A stretch of 47,760 bases of DNA, taken from an uncultured bacterium (GTDB lineage: Bacteria; Hydrothermota; Hydrothermia; LBFQ01). The notes beneath the pieces were generated by a model. It was not told the origin of the DNA and did no database searches. It saw nothing but the letters and a program-made list of their open reading frames with translations. Below are positions 24,101-32,010 of the stretch, one piece after another (the first letter of the stretch is position 1; each line of letters opens with the position of its first letter). Made by a program: the position numbers and the translations under genes. The stretch lies in the NCBI GenBank assembly GCA_964426895.1, contig CAYRSH010000004.1, positions 1-47,760 of the forward strand, given 5' to 3'.

Positions 24101-24230
24101 AAACGGATGGTAATGTGAATTTTGGTAAGAAATCCATCGGTAGATTTATAAGCCCGAAAATTCCCCCGATTATAAGCATTAGATATATAACGAGGGCAAA
24201 TGTAGACCTTCTTACAAAAAACCTCGTCAT
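21186..24230 (-). CDS. RND efflux transporter permease (AcrB/HAE1-like)
   Basis: 1014 aa. N-terminus FFVRRSTFALVIYLMLIIGG...LPMDFLPKF..PSVSVVVQYPGASPEDVE, with a 12-TM layout and two large loops. Confidence 0.9.
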   Translation of the reverse strand: MTRFFVRRSTFALVIYLMLIIGGIFGLINLPMDFLPKFTLPSVSVVVQYPGASPEDVEKNVVDVLEENLSILEDIDRINSTSQNGVGVVTITFKYGTDIDKAALDVKDRLSFASSLLPEDASDPLILKFDIQQFPIIIATVNSTEEDFPIREWAEDYLKDELQRVKGVGLVQIWGGGKKRQINIYVHRDKLENYGLTFDGMANLLKSQGIEIPAGEVKYSDKEMILKIPSSIRSVEDLKETVVGFINGRPIKLYEVADVVDGYAKRVNYINHKGKDAVLFAVQKQADANVVKVADNVKKKLEEIERKYPVKFFIQNDGSSFIRNAIANLRDTLFMAGIIVIFVSFVFLLDIRSSILIALTIPSSLIIAFLYLFLSGSSINIISLSALALAIGSVVDASIVVIENIFFHRLRGEPPREASEFATLEVQGAITASVITNFIVLLPLFFIPGFIGVIFKELATISVIVYLTSLFLALTIIPSLAANQIRLKPKEEPAWFKPVERAYNQLVKFVVKRRFVFLGVFVLILLIAASLWRFVPTDFFPQADEKQIRGTLELSRGTSLDKTYEMVLPLAEKVYKMPEVREAVFRVGPTESGFGAAFGNVEAPYTAFFVVRLKDDIKKSTFEVADEIEKLVKEIPGVERYEVSATSQGSQILFGGSRGAVVRIYGDDIKVLDSLANILADYMKTVKGLKNVQTSFGNPRPEFVLSIDRDKAYSYGLTPTQVAGFLRYVLTGQNLFTLKSGGKNIEVWITLKEKDKENLDKVLSLSINTPVGLVPLLNFVKVNEGASPIRIDRWNGKRYIEVSGEVVGRPLGEITADISKFLRNFNLPRGYSYEFGGAIQRQAESFSQLGVLLIIGLILIYLTLSAQFDSFRQGVIIFITSIPFGLAGASLGFLIFRQPLSITGFIGLIALTGVVVNNAVVMVDYANILIRRGKNKFEAIIESATRRLRPILMTTLTTSLAVLPLAVIKQQGSEFWSGLGVAIFGGLNFSLITTLFVVPVIYTFLTPERKIKGR

Positions 24231-25066
24231 CTCTCAAACCTCACAATTTTAACCTTATCCCCATCCTTTACGGCATTTGCCCCGAAAACTATAACGGTAT
24301 CTCCAAACTTTAATCCCCGTATAACCTCATATCCTTCCGATGTGGTTATCCCCAATTCCACCAAAACCTTTTTTGCAATATTACCGTTAACCACAAAAAC
24401 GGACTTTTTATTATCCCCAACAAAGGCGCTAACGGGTAAAACTATCGTTGAATCCGATCTCTTTACCTCCACTTCAACCAAAACGGATTGCCCGGGAATG
24501 AAATTTCCGTTTATTTCCCCTTCAACCTTTAATGTCCTTGTCCTCGGGTCAAGTGCGGGGGAAACCCTTACAATCCTTCCCCTTTTACCTTCAACCCATA
24601 TTTTCCCCCCAACCCTTACATCACCCGCGAAAACTTCGGGAACATCAAATAATACCGAAATCTTATCCTTACCGACTATCCTGAAAATCGGCGTTTGAGG
24701 TGAAACCGGTGCCCCTATATCCCTTAACAAAACCTGAACATATCCGTTTGTCGGCGCTTCAACGGTTAAGGGTTGAACATCTATACCAGGCGCCGACCTA
24801 TCAATTAGTGCCAATATTTGCCCCTTTCTTACATATTGCCCGTCGGATACATTTACCCTTAACAGTTTTCCCGGCATATCCGCAAAAACATTTATATCGG
24901 GATAACCCTTAATTACACCCGAAACCGTTATGGTTTTTGATATACTTTCGGGCCTGGCGATTTTTACAACGACGGGTTTTTCAACACCCTTATCGTTTTT
25001 AACTTTTCCCGTTTTCCCGCTTCCCGTACAGGATATTATAAGCAATATCGGGAGTAGTTTTCGCAT
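24227..25066 (-). CDS. RND efflux periplasmic adaptor (MFP), lipoprotein, apparently lacking the alpha-hairpin
   Basis: Lipobox MRKLLPILLIISC. The two lipoyl half-motifs are joined by only about 10 aa (IDRSAPGIDVQP). Beta-barrel and MP domains follow. The start is set at ATG 25066 from the promoter position. Confidence 0.75.
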   Translation of the reverse strand: MRKLLPILLIISCTGSGKTGKVKNDKGVEKPVVVKIARPESISKTITVSGVIKGYPDINVFADMPGKLLRVNVSDGQYVRKGQILALIDRSAPGIDVQPLTVEAPTNGYVQVLLRDIGAPVSPQTPIFRIVGKDKISVLFDVPEVFAGDVRVGGKIWVEGKRGRIVRVSPALDPRTRTLKVEGEINGNFIPGQSVLVEVEVKRSDSTIVLPVSAFVGDNKKSVFVVNGNIAKKVLVELGITTSEGYEVIRGLKFGDTVIVFGANAVKDGDKVKIVRFER

Positions 25067-25074
25067 AAGCGGAT

Positions 25075-25080
25075 ATTCTA
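25075..25080 (-). promoter_or_regulatory. -10 box TAGAAT, 8 nt before ATG 25066
   Basis: Minus strand reads CCCTTAGAATATCCGCTTATG. Confidence 0.5.
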
Positions 25081-25107
25081 AGGGTGATTTGAACAGTCGT
25101 TCAAAAA

Positions 25108-25869
25108 CTAAATCCAACCCCTTCTCTTAAAGAAAATCAGCGAAATTACCGCGAATATAATGCTAAAAACCCAAAAAATCTGGTAGGAGAATTTCCATCC
25201 GAGTTCCGGCATATACTTAAAGTTCATCCCATAAACACCCGTAATAAAGGACAGTGGTATAAATATGGTGGCCACAATTGTTAGAACTTTCATTATTTCG
25301 TTGGCCGTGGTATCAACCATTTCAAGGTATATACCTATTAGCGCGTTTATGGATTCGGAAAGCCTTTCTAAGGATGTCCTTATGCGGCGCACTTGGAATA
25401 AAACCCTCTTTTCAATCCCCAAATATTCCAATATTTCCTCTTGCAAAAAGTAATACCTTCTCATTTCATCCACATATTTTTTGTGCAAGTACAGGTCTTT
25501 TATAAGGGCTTCGTCAAGTTTTGAATATGATTTACTACCAAAAACTTCATCTTCAAGTTCTTCCAATTTTTCATTTAACCCATCAACCCCCTTTAAACCG
25601 ATGTTTTGAAAAACTTTAGAAAGGGTTTCCGACAAACTATCGGATATATAATTTTCCACATCAAAACCGAAGGAACGGTATATGACCACATCCCCCGAGA
25701 AATATATCACCAAAACCTTGTCTTTGGATATAGTTAGGACAAGGGTATGCCCCTTTCCAATACTTTCAACCTTAACCCTATTTTTATCGCTAAGAAATTC
25801 CCCCTTAACCGCTTCGTCCAGAGGCAAATCTAAGATTTCTTTATCGTCCTTTACAACTTTTACAAGCAT
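25108..25869 (-). CDS. corA: CorA family magnesium/cobalt transporter (short form)
   Basis: IFIPLSFITGVYGMNF (GMN motif) followed by a second TM helix at the C-terminus. Confidence 0.8.
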   Translation of the reverse strand: MLVKVVKDDKEILDLPLDEAVKGEFLSDKNRVKVESIGKGHTLVLTISKDKVLVIYFSGDVVIYRSFGFDVENYISDSLSETLSKVFQNIGLKGVDGLNEKLEELEDEVFGSKSYSKLDEALIKDLYLHKKYVDEMRRYYFLQEEILEYLGIEKRVLFQVRRIRTSLERLSESINALIGIYLEMVDTTANEIMKVLTIVATIFIPLSFITGVYGMNFKYMPELGWKFSYQIFWVFSIIFAVISLIFFKRRGWI

Positions 25870-25879
25870 AATACTTGGG

Positions 25880-25885
25880 ATTTTA
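25880..25885 (-). promoter_or_regulatory. -10 box TAAAAT, 10 nt before ATG 25869
   Basis: Minus strand reads GGGTTTAAAATCCCAAGTATTATG. Confidence 0.35.
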
Positions 25886-25907
25886 AACCCGTTGATTGGT
25901 GCAAGGG

Positions 25908-25913
25908 TATAAT
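25908..25913 (+). promoter_or_regulatory. -10 box TATAAT inside palindrome GGGTATAATACCC, 8 nt before ATG 25922
   Basis: CAAGGGTATAATACCCGCTTATGG at 25902-25925. Confidence 0.55.
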
Positions 25914-25921
25914 ACCCGCTT

Positions 25922-27412
25922 ATGGCACCGAAAGAGGCTTATAACGAACTCCTTGAAATATCAAGAAAAGTTACGGTATTTTCGTCTTTTGGTTCCCTCC
26001 TCGGGTGGGATCAGAGGACATATATGCCTAAGAAAGCGGCGCATTACAGGGCATTACAGTATGCCTCGCTTAGGGAATACATCTACGAAATCCTGACATC
26101 GGATAGGTTTGGGAAACTGTTGGAAGTTGCAGAAAAGGGGGAATATGACCTTAGGGGTAAAATGAACATTTACTGGTGGAGGAGGGGATACGATAGGTTA
26201 ACAAAAATACCGAAAAGCCTTTATGTTGAAGAGGCGAGGGTTTCTTCCGAGAGTGAAAGCGCATGGGTTGAGGCCAAGAAGGAGGGAGAATTTAACCTTG
26301 TGAAGCCTTACCTTGAAAGGCTTATAAACATTAAAAAGGAGATGGCGGAACATGTGGGTTATGAGGGGGAGAGGTATAACGCCCTCTTGGATTCTTATGA
26401 GCCTGGATTAAGGGCGGAATATGTGGGTGAGGTATTCGCAAACTTAAAAGGGGAAACCCTAAGGCTTTTAAGTGTGGTTTTAAACTCGGGTAAAAAACCC
26501 AAAGGGGAAATACTAAAAGGACATTTCCCAAAGGATAAACAAAGGGAGTTCTGCCTGTTTTTGTTAAAAAACATAGGATATGACTTTGATTCCGGTAGGT
26601 TGGATGAGGCCGTACATCCATTCGCAACGAGGATCACACCAAACGATGTAAGGATAACCACAAAATACGAGGAGGACTTCATATCACCCGCAATTTTTGG
26701 AACACTCCACGAAATGGGGCACGGTTTATACGACATGGGATTACCCGCCGATATTTGGGGTGAACCCGTGGGTGGGGCGGTATCCCTTGGGGTACACGAA
26801 TCGCAGTCAAGGTTTTGGGAAAACATAATAGGAAGAAGCGAAGCCTTTTGGAAGCGGTTTTATAAAGACCTCTCCGATTACTTCCCAAAGTTTAAGAACA
26901 TTACCCTTGAAGAATTCCTATTCGCCATAAACGAAATTAAGCCATCAACGATAAGGATTGAGGCCGACGAACTAACTTACAACCTTCACATAATTTTGCG
27001 GTTTGAAATTGAAAGGGAAGTTATAAACGATAAGGTTTCCGTGGATGATTTACCCGACCTTTGGAACGAAAAGTTTAAATCCCTGTTCGGTTTCTATCCA
27101 CCGAATATATCCGAAGGGGTTTTGCAGGATGTACATTGGTACGGTGGCTCGTTTGGTTATTTCCCAACTTATACCCTCGGGAATATAATATCCGCTCAAA
27201 TCTTTGCCAAAATGAACGGGGATTTACCGGTTTATGAACTCGTTGAAAGGGGAGAATTTCAACCGATAATAAACTGGTTGAGGGAAAAAATACACTCCAA
27301 GGGTTCCCTTTACAAACCCTCCGAACTGGTTAAACTCGCAACCGGCGAAGATATAAACCCAAGATATTTGATAAACTACTTGGAGGATAAGGTTAAGAGG
27401 TTTTACGGATAA
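25922..27412 (+). CDS. M32 family carboxypeptidase (Taq-type thermostable carboxypeptidase)
   Basis: HEMGHGLYD zinc site, GVHESQSRFWEN, DELTYNLHIILRFEIE, VHWYGGSFGYFPTYTLGN. Confidence 0.9.
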   Translation: MAPKEAYNELLEISRKVTVFSSFGSLLGWDQRTYMPKKAAHYRALQYASLREYIYEILTSDRFGKLLEVAEKGEYDLRGKMNIYWWRRGYDRLTKIPKSLYVEEARVSSESESAWVEAKKEGEFNLVKPYLERLINIKKEMAEHVGYEGERYNALLDSYEPGLRAEYVGEVFANLKGETLRLLSVVLNSGKKPKGEILKGHFPKDKQREFCLFLLKNIGYDFDSGRLDEAVHPFATRITPNDVRITTKYEEDFISPAIFGTLHEMGHGLYDMGLPADIWGEPVGGAVSLGVHESQSRFWENIIGRSEAFWKRFYKDLSDYFPKFKNITLEEFLFAINEIKPSTIRIEADELTYNLHIILRFEIEREVINDKVSVDDLPDLWNEKFKSLFGFYPPNISEGVLQDVHWYGGSFGYFPTYTLGNIISAQIFAKMNGDLPVYELVERGEFQPIINWLREKIHSKGSLYKPSELVKLATGEDINPRYLINYLEDKVKRFYG

Positions 27413-27447
27413 AATTTATCCTGACCTTTTTGGTCAATTTTCAACCT

Positions 27448-27453
27448 TAAAAT
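27448..27453 (+). promoter_or_regulatory. -10 box TAAAAT, 8 nt before ATG 27462
   Basis: CCTTAAAATACCCGCCTATGG. Confidence 0.5.
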
Positions 27454-27461
27454 ACCCGCCT

Positions 27462-28544
27462 ATGGCAAAGGTTGATGAGATAAGGGCGGAAGCAAAGAGG
27501 TTATACGAACAATTGCCCCTTCCCGAAAGCAAATACACAAACCTAAAATGGTGGAGGGATGAAGATTACTTGGTTGAAGGGGAATTAAATGTTGATATAT
27601 CCGGACCCGAAGGGATAAAATGGGAGTTCTTGGAATCCGCAAATATTGGAGATTTGGTACCTATAAACGCGAACAAATTCGTGGCCTTGCATTATGCTAA
27701 CATAGACAGGGTTTTAAGGGTGGAATTCCCCGAAAACTTCAAAACTGAAACGCCTTTGTATATAAGGGTGAATGTTAAGGGTAGGGGACACTTACATGTG
27801 TTGGTTGAGGGGAACAAAAACAGTAAGGGTGAAATAGTACTCTTTTCAAGCGGTAAGGGTTTATACACGGAGGTTATAGAAACATATGTTCAAGAAGAGG
27901 CGGATATAAAGATAGGAGCCCTTGAAAGTTTGGATAAGGATTCCGTTGTTTTCTCTTCAAGGGCGGTTAAAACCCTTAAATACAGTAAATCCCAATTGGT
28001 CGGCGCTTGGTTTGGTGGAAAATTCGTTATGTCAAAACACCTCATAAAACCCTTGGGAGAGGAATCCCAAATAGAGGATGTTCAGGTTCTACTCGGTGAG
28101 GATTCCCAGCACTTTGATATATCCACACACTTAGACTTTTCCGCCCCTTATACCAAGGGCGAATCTATGATTAGGGCGGTTTTGAAGGATACGGCAAGGG
28201 CCGTAATGCACGGTTTAATAGACATAGAAAGGGAAGCGAAATTTGCGGATGCATACCTTTCAGAGCACGCGTTGCTTTTGAATTCCGGGGCGAGGGCTGA
28301 TTCAATACCGGGACTTGAAATAATGGCTAATCAGGTTAGGGCAACGCATGGCGCAACCGTTGGTCCAATTGACCCCGAACAGATGTTCTACCTTATGAGT
28401 AGGGGATTGGATGAAATAGAGACAAAAAAACTAATAGTTATGGGCTTCTTTGAGCCGGCCACATCAAGGATGGGAATAGAAGAGGTTAGGGATGTGATAT
28501 ACAACTATGTTGAAGAGGTACTTTCCGAAAAACAACCGGTTTAG
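27462..28544 (+). CDS. sufD: SufB/SufD family Fe-S cluster assembly protein (SufD-like)
   Basis: The C-terminal beta-helix region reads ADAYLSEHALLLNSGARADSIPGLEI.ANQVRATHGATVGPIDPEQMFYLMSRGL. Confidence 0.7.
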   Translation: MAKVDEIRAEAKRLYEQLPLPESKYTNLKWWRDEDYLVEGELNVDISGPEGIKWEFLESANIGDLVPINANKFVALHYANIDRVLRVEFPENFKTETPLYIRVNVKGRGHLHVLVEGNKNSKGEIVLFSSGKGLYTEVIETYVQEEADIKIGALESLDKDSVVFSSRAVKTLKYSKSQLVGAWFGGKFVMSKHLIKPLGEESQIEDVQVLLGEDSQHFDISTHLDFSAPYTKGESMIRAVLKDTARAVMHGLIDIEREAKFADAYLSEHALLLNSGARADSIPGLEIMANQVRATHGATVGPIDPEQMFYLMSRGLDEIETKKLIVMGFFEPATSRMGIEEVRDVIYNYVEEVLSEKQPV

Positions 28545-29050
28545 TTAAGGTATTTTTGGGCTACATCCAAAACCTTTTCGGCTTTTTGTAATGCCCACGG
28601 GACATAAGGTGTTAATTGAACTGTAAGGTTATCTCCATAAACGCCCATAAAGATTGATTGGGGTATAGGCGCATCTTCATTTAACCACAATCTGATATAA
28701 GTAAATGTAATTAAGCGATAACGCTGTTCCACGATCTCAATCCCTTCAACAAACTCCCAAGGTATCAGATACCCATCCTGTTTTTTCAATAGGTTCATTA
28801 CGGTTAATGGATTCACCCAAATCCCCTGACGACCTACGGCTAATATTGGCCTTTTGCCGCGGAGCGACAGTAAAAAGAAAAAAGCCGAAAAGGGGGCACA
28901 AAGCAGGGTAAGAGCCCAACCGATCAGGGGTTCTTTGTCCAATACCATGAGCCAACCGACATATGCAAATACCGCGCTTATAACCCCGAACAATATAAGA
29001 CGCAAAACACTCGGATAAACATATAAATCCATTTCCGGCAAATCCCTCAT
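28541..29050 (-). CDS. Hypothetical membrane protein (two N-terminal TM helices)
   Basis: The ORF has a promoter-like box. TM segments are LILFGVISAVFAYVGWLMV and WALTLLCAPFSAFFFLL. No family was recognised. Confidence 0.55.
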   Translation of the reverse strand: MRDLPEMDLYVYPSVLRLILFGVISAVFAYVGWLMVLDKEPLIGWALTLLCAPFSAFFFLLSLRGKRPILAVGRQGIWVNPLTVMNLLKKQDGYLIPWEFVEGIEIVEQRYRLITFTYIRLWLNEDAPIPQSIFMGVYGDNLTVQLTPYVPWALQKAEKVLDVAQKYLN

Positions 29051-29059
29051 AAGGCAGAA

Positions 29060-29065
29060 ATTTTA
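29060..29065 (-). promoter_or_regulatory. -10 box TAAAAT, 9 nt before ATG 29050
   Basis: Minus strand reads GCGGTTAAAATTTCTGCCTTATG. Confidence 0.35.
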
Positions 29066-29107
29066 ACCGCGAAAAGATTCTTCATTAATTGGGATTTATA
29101 ACACCCT

Positions 29108-29113
29108 TATACT
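29108..29113 (+). promoter_or_regulatory. -10 box TATACT, 8 nt before ATG 29122
   Basis: TTATACTACCCATCCATGG. This supports the internal ATG rather than the TTG at 29089. Confidence 0.45.
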
Positions 29114-29121
29114 ACCCATCC

Positions 29122-30249
29122 ATGGCCCACGCATATACTCCCGGATTAAAAGTATCGGAAAAAACCGTTGTAAGAAAGGAAAGGAGATTGCCCCTTTGGG
29201 GTGATGTTTTGGTTAATAAAGGGGAGTTTGTAAAGGCGGAAGACATAGTGGCCAAGGCTTTGCTTCCCGGACCGGTTTATCCAAAAAACTTAGCCGGAGA
29301 GATGGGAATATCTCCGTCCGATGTTCCAAGGGTTTTATTGGTGAAAAAGGGTGAAAGCATAAAAAAGGGACAGGCAATAGCAAGGGCAAAGGTATTTTTC
29401 GGTTTGTTTAAGGTTGAAGCCACATCACCAATAGACGGTTATCTTGAAGACTATTCCGAGATAACCGGACAAATAATTTTGAGGGAAAACCCCATACCGG
29501 TTGAGGTTAAGGCTTACCTTGACGGTATAGTTGAGGAGGTTATACCAAATGAGGGTGTTGTTGTAAGAACGGTTGCCGCTATGGTTCAGGGAATATTCGG
29601 GGTAGGTGGTGAGCAAATAGGGATATTAAAGGTTCCCGTAAACTCCCCAGACGAGGTTTTAACACCCGAAAAGGTTGGTGAAGATTTGAGGGGTTGTATA
29701 GTGGTAGGTGGTAAAACGGCAGATATAGAAACCCTTAGGAAATGCGCGGAGGTGGGGATAAAAACCCTTGTCCTCGGTTCAATAGACGATTCAACCCTTG
29801 AAGAATATGTGGGTTATCAGATAGGCGTTGCCATTACGGGAAACGAGGATGTACCTTTTACCCTAATTATAACCGAAGGTTTCGGTGAATTGCCTATGGC
29901 TGAAAGGACATTTAACCTTTTTAAAAAGTTTGAGGGGTTGAAGTGTTCCTCAAACGGGGCCACACAAATAAGGGCTGGCGTTCAAAGACCCGAGGTAATA
30001 ATCTTTCGCAAAGATGTAGATCTTGCAGAAGAAGTTGTTGATAAAGCGGAAAGCGGGCATTTGGATATAGGCACGACGGTTAGAATAATAAGGGACCCCT
30101 ACTTTGGAGAAATTGGGACGGTTGTGGAACTTCCGAACGAACCTGTGAAAATAGAAACGGAATCAACCGTAAGGGTCTTAAAGGTTAGACTTTTGGACGG
30201 AAGGGAGGTCGTGGTTCCGAGGGCAAATGTTGAACTCATAGAAACATAA
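29122..30249 (+). CDS. Conserved hypothetical protein with lipoyl/hybrid-barrel-like N-terminal motifs and KOW-like C-terminus
   Basis: KKGESIKKGQAIARA and ATSPIDGYL resemble barrel-sandwich hybrid motifs. The C-terminus reads GTVVELPNEPVKIE...VRLLDGREVVVPRANVELI. The track ORF starts at 29089. Confidence 0.6.
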   Translation: MAHAYTPGLKVSEKTVVRKERRLPLWGDVLVNKGEFVKAEDIVAKALLPGPVYPKNLAGEMGISPSDVPRVLLVKKGESIKKGQAIARAKVFFGLFKVEATSPIDGYLEDYSEITGQIILRENPIPVEVKAYLDGIVEEVIPNEGVVVRTVAAMVQGIFGVGGEQIGILKVPVNSPDEVLTPEKVGEDLRGCIVVGGKTADIETLRKCAEVGIKTLVLGSIDDSTLEEYVGYQIGVAITGNEDVPFTLIITEGFGELPMAERTFNLFKKFEGLKCSSNGATQIRAGVQRPEVIIFRKDVDLAEEVVDKAESGHLDIGTTVRIIRDPYFGEIGTVVELPNEPVKIETESTVRVLKVRLLDGREVVVPRANVELIET

Positions 30250-30250
30250 A

Positions 30251-30634
30251 ATGGAAATCCTCTTAATAGTGCATAACTTTATAAGGTGGGTGGTGTTTTT
30301 AACGGGCTTATGGGCAGTTTTTGGTGTGTTTAAAAGCAATCCCAAGGGTTTGAGGTTTTACACCATATCCTTTGATGTTCAGGCGCTTATCGGAATAATT
30401 CTCTGGATAAATCTTGTACTATCTTATGGTTTTTCCCAAGGGGTAATGAGAGAATTCTATTTAAGGTTTTTCATTGCGGAATACCCCGTAATAATGTTCC
30501 TTTCTCTAATATCCGCACATTTGGCAGCTATAAAATCAAAATCGGAAGGCAATTCTTGGAAGGTTTTGGCCGTCTTATCTTATATACTGTTAATTGTCGG
30601 AATACCTTGGTGGAGGCCTTTAATAAGACTCTAA
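30251..30634 (+). CDS. Hypothetical small integral membrane protein (about 4 TM)
   Basis: Four hydrophobic segments. The start lies 2 nt after the upstream stop. Confidence 0.55.
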   Translation: MEILLIVHNFIRWVVFLTGLWAVFGVFKSNPKGLRFYTISFDVQALIGIILWINLVLSYGFSQGVMREFYLRFFIAEYPVIMFLSLISAHLAAIKSKSEGNSWKVLAVLSYILLIVGIPWWRPLIRL

Positions 30635-31459
30635 GAAATCCTTCATTTGCGGGAATTTCTCTAAAATCTTCTTTTTGGCAGATTCCTTTATCTGCCTTAT
30701 GTATTCACGGGTATAACCCAACTCCCGGGCTATTTGTGCCAAATTTTTATCCTCAAATATGTGTTTCCACAAAACCGTTTTCTCCTTTTCGTTTAAAATC
30801 CCCGCCTCAAATATTTCATTGACCAATTCTTCTATTTTCATTTGGTTATATTCCTCTTCAACAAAATCTTCCGGTGTTAGTGCAGCATAGGAAAAGGTGT
30901 CATAAACGCTTTTTTCCGGCTCTTCGTTATCCAAACTCTCAACCCTCAAAACCTTCCAATCCACCGCCTCCATTAATTTTTTCACCTTTTTACTATTATA
31001 TCCCAATTCCTTAGCAATTTCCTCCTCCGAAGGTTCCCTTCCCAATTTTTGATACAAAGTAATAATCCTTACCATATCCTTGCGGGATATTGTGGGCATA
31101 TGGGATAAAACCTTATAGGATTTTAAATACCTGTACATGGCCTTATCCACATAGGGTTTTGCGTATGACAAAAACCTAACCTTTTTTCTCGGGTTAAAGT
31201 TTTCGAAAGCGTCGTATAACGCCAAAATCCCCTCCGAGATTAGATCCTCAACTGGGACACCCGAGTCCCTTGCAAGAATTTTTGCCTTTGCAACAACGAA
31301 TCTGACATTGGACTTTATAACCCTATCCCTCGCACTTTTATCACCTTTTTTCGCCTTTAATATAAGTTCCCTTTCCTCCTCAGGGCTTAAAGGCCTAAAC
31401 TCCGGAGAACTGAGGGTTTTATAATCCCATACCTCCGCACCGTATTCCCAACCCTTCAT
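30620..31459 (-). CDS. RNA polymerase sigma factor, sigma-70 family (alternative, group 3-like)
   Basis: Region 2 reads RDRVIKSNVRFVVAKAKIL...EDLISEGILALYDAFENFNP..KVRFLSYA. The region 4 HTH reads LAQIARELGYTREYIRQIKESAKKKI. Confidence 0.8.
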   Translation of the reverse strand: MKGWEYGAEVWDYKTLSSPEFRPLSPEEERELILKAKKGDKSARDRVIKSNVRFVVAKAKILARDSGVPVEDLISEGILALYDAFENFNPRKKVRFLSYAKPYVDKAMYRYLKSYKVLSHMPTISRKDMVRIITLYQKLGREPSEEEIAKELGYNSKKVKKLMEAVDWKVLRVESLDNEEPEKSVYDTFSYAALTPEDFVEEEYNQMKIEELVNEIFEAGILNEKEKTVLWKHIFEDKNLAQIARELGYTREYIRQIKESAKKKILEKFPQMKDFLESY

Positions 31460-31998
31460 GACAAAACCTTCCCCACCAATTCCACCTTACCCTTAGCCAC
31501 GAGTTTAACAACTTCGTATGATTTCTCAAATATTTCCGGTAATAACTTCAACTCCTCTTCCGAAAAGTTTGACAAGACCCAATCCGCCAGATCAACCCCC
31601 TGTGGGGGCTTTGAAATCCCTATCCTTAACCTCATAATATCATTTCTGTTTAAACTTTCGTATATGTCCCTTAAACCCTTATGGGATGGAATGGAGTTTA
31701 TACCAACTTTAAACCTCACCTTTCCAAAGGGTAAATCCGCGTCATCGTATATTACGAGTATTGGCATTTTTTTTATCGGTATGGGAGCGGAAAGTAAAGC
31801 CTTACCCGAGTTATTCATAAAGAGTTTTGGTTTAACCAAATAAAAACCCCTTCCCTTTGCCAAAAAAACACTTGGATAATCCTCAAACTCCAAACCCTCT
31901 TTATTTGCGATATAATCAACAACCATAAAACCTACATTGTGCCTATTTAAGGCATACTCAACTCCTAAATTCCCCAAACCAACAACGGCCAAATCCAT
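31456..31998 (-). CDS. pth: Peptidyl-tRNA hydrolase
   Basis: VVGLGNLGVEYALNRHNVGFMVVD, and a later GLRDI. Confidence 0.9.
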   Translation of the reverse strand: MDLAVVGLGNLGVEYALNRHNVGFMVVDYIANKEGLEFEDYPSVFLAKGRGFYLVKPKLFMNNSGKALLSAPIPIKKMPILVIYDDADLPFGKVRFKVGINSIPSHKGLRDIYESLNRNDIMRLRIGISKPPQGVDLADWVLSNFSEEELKLLPEIFEKSYEVVKLVAKGKVELVGKVLS

Positions 31999-32010
31999 TT
32001 CTTAATTGGA

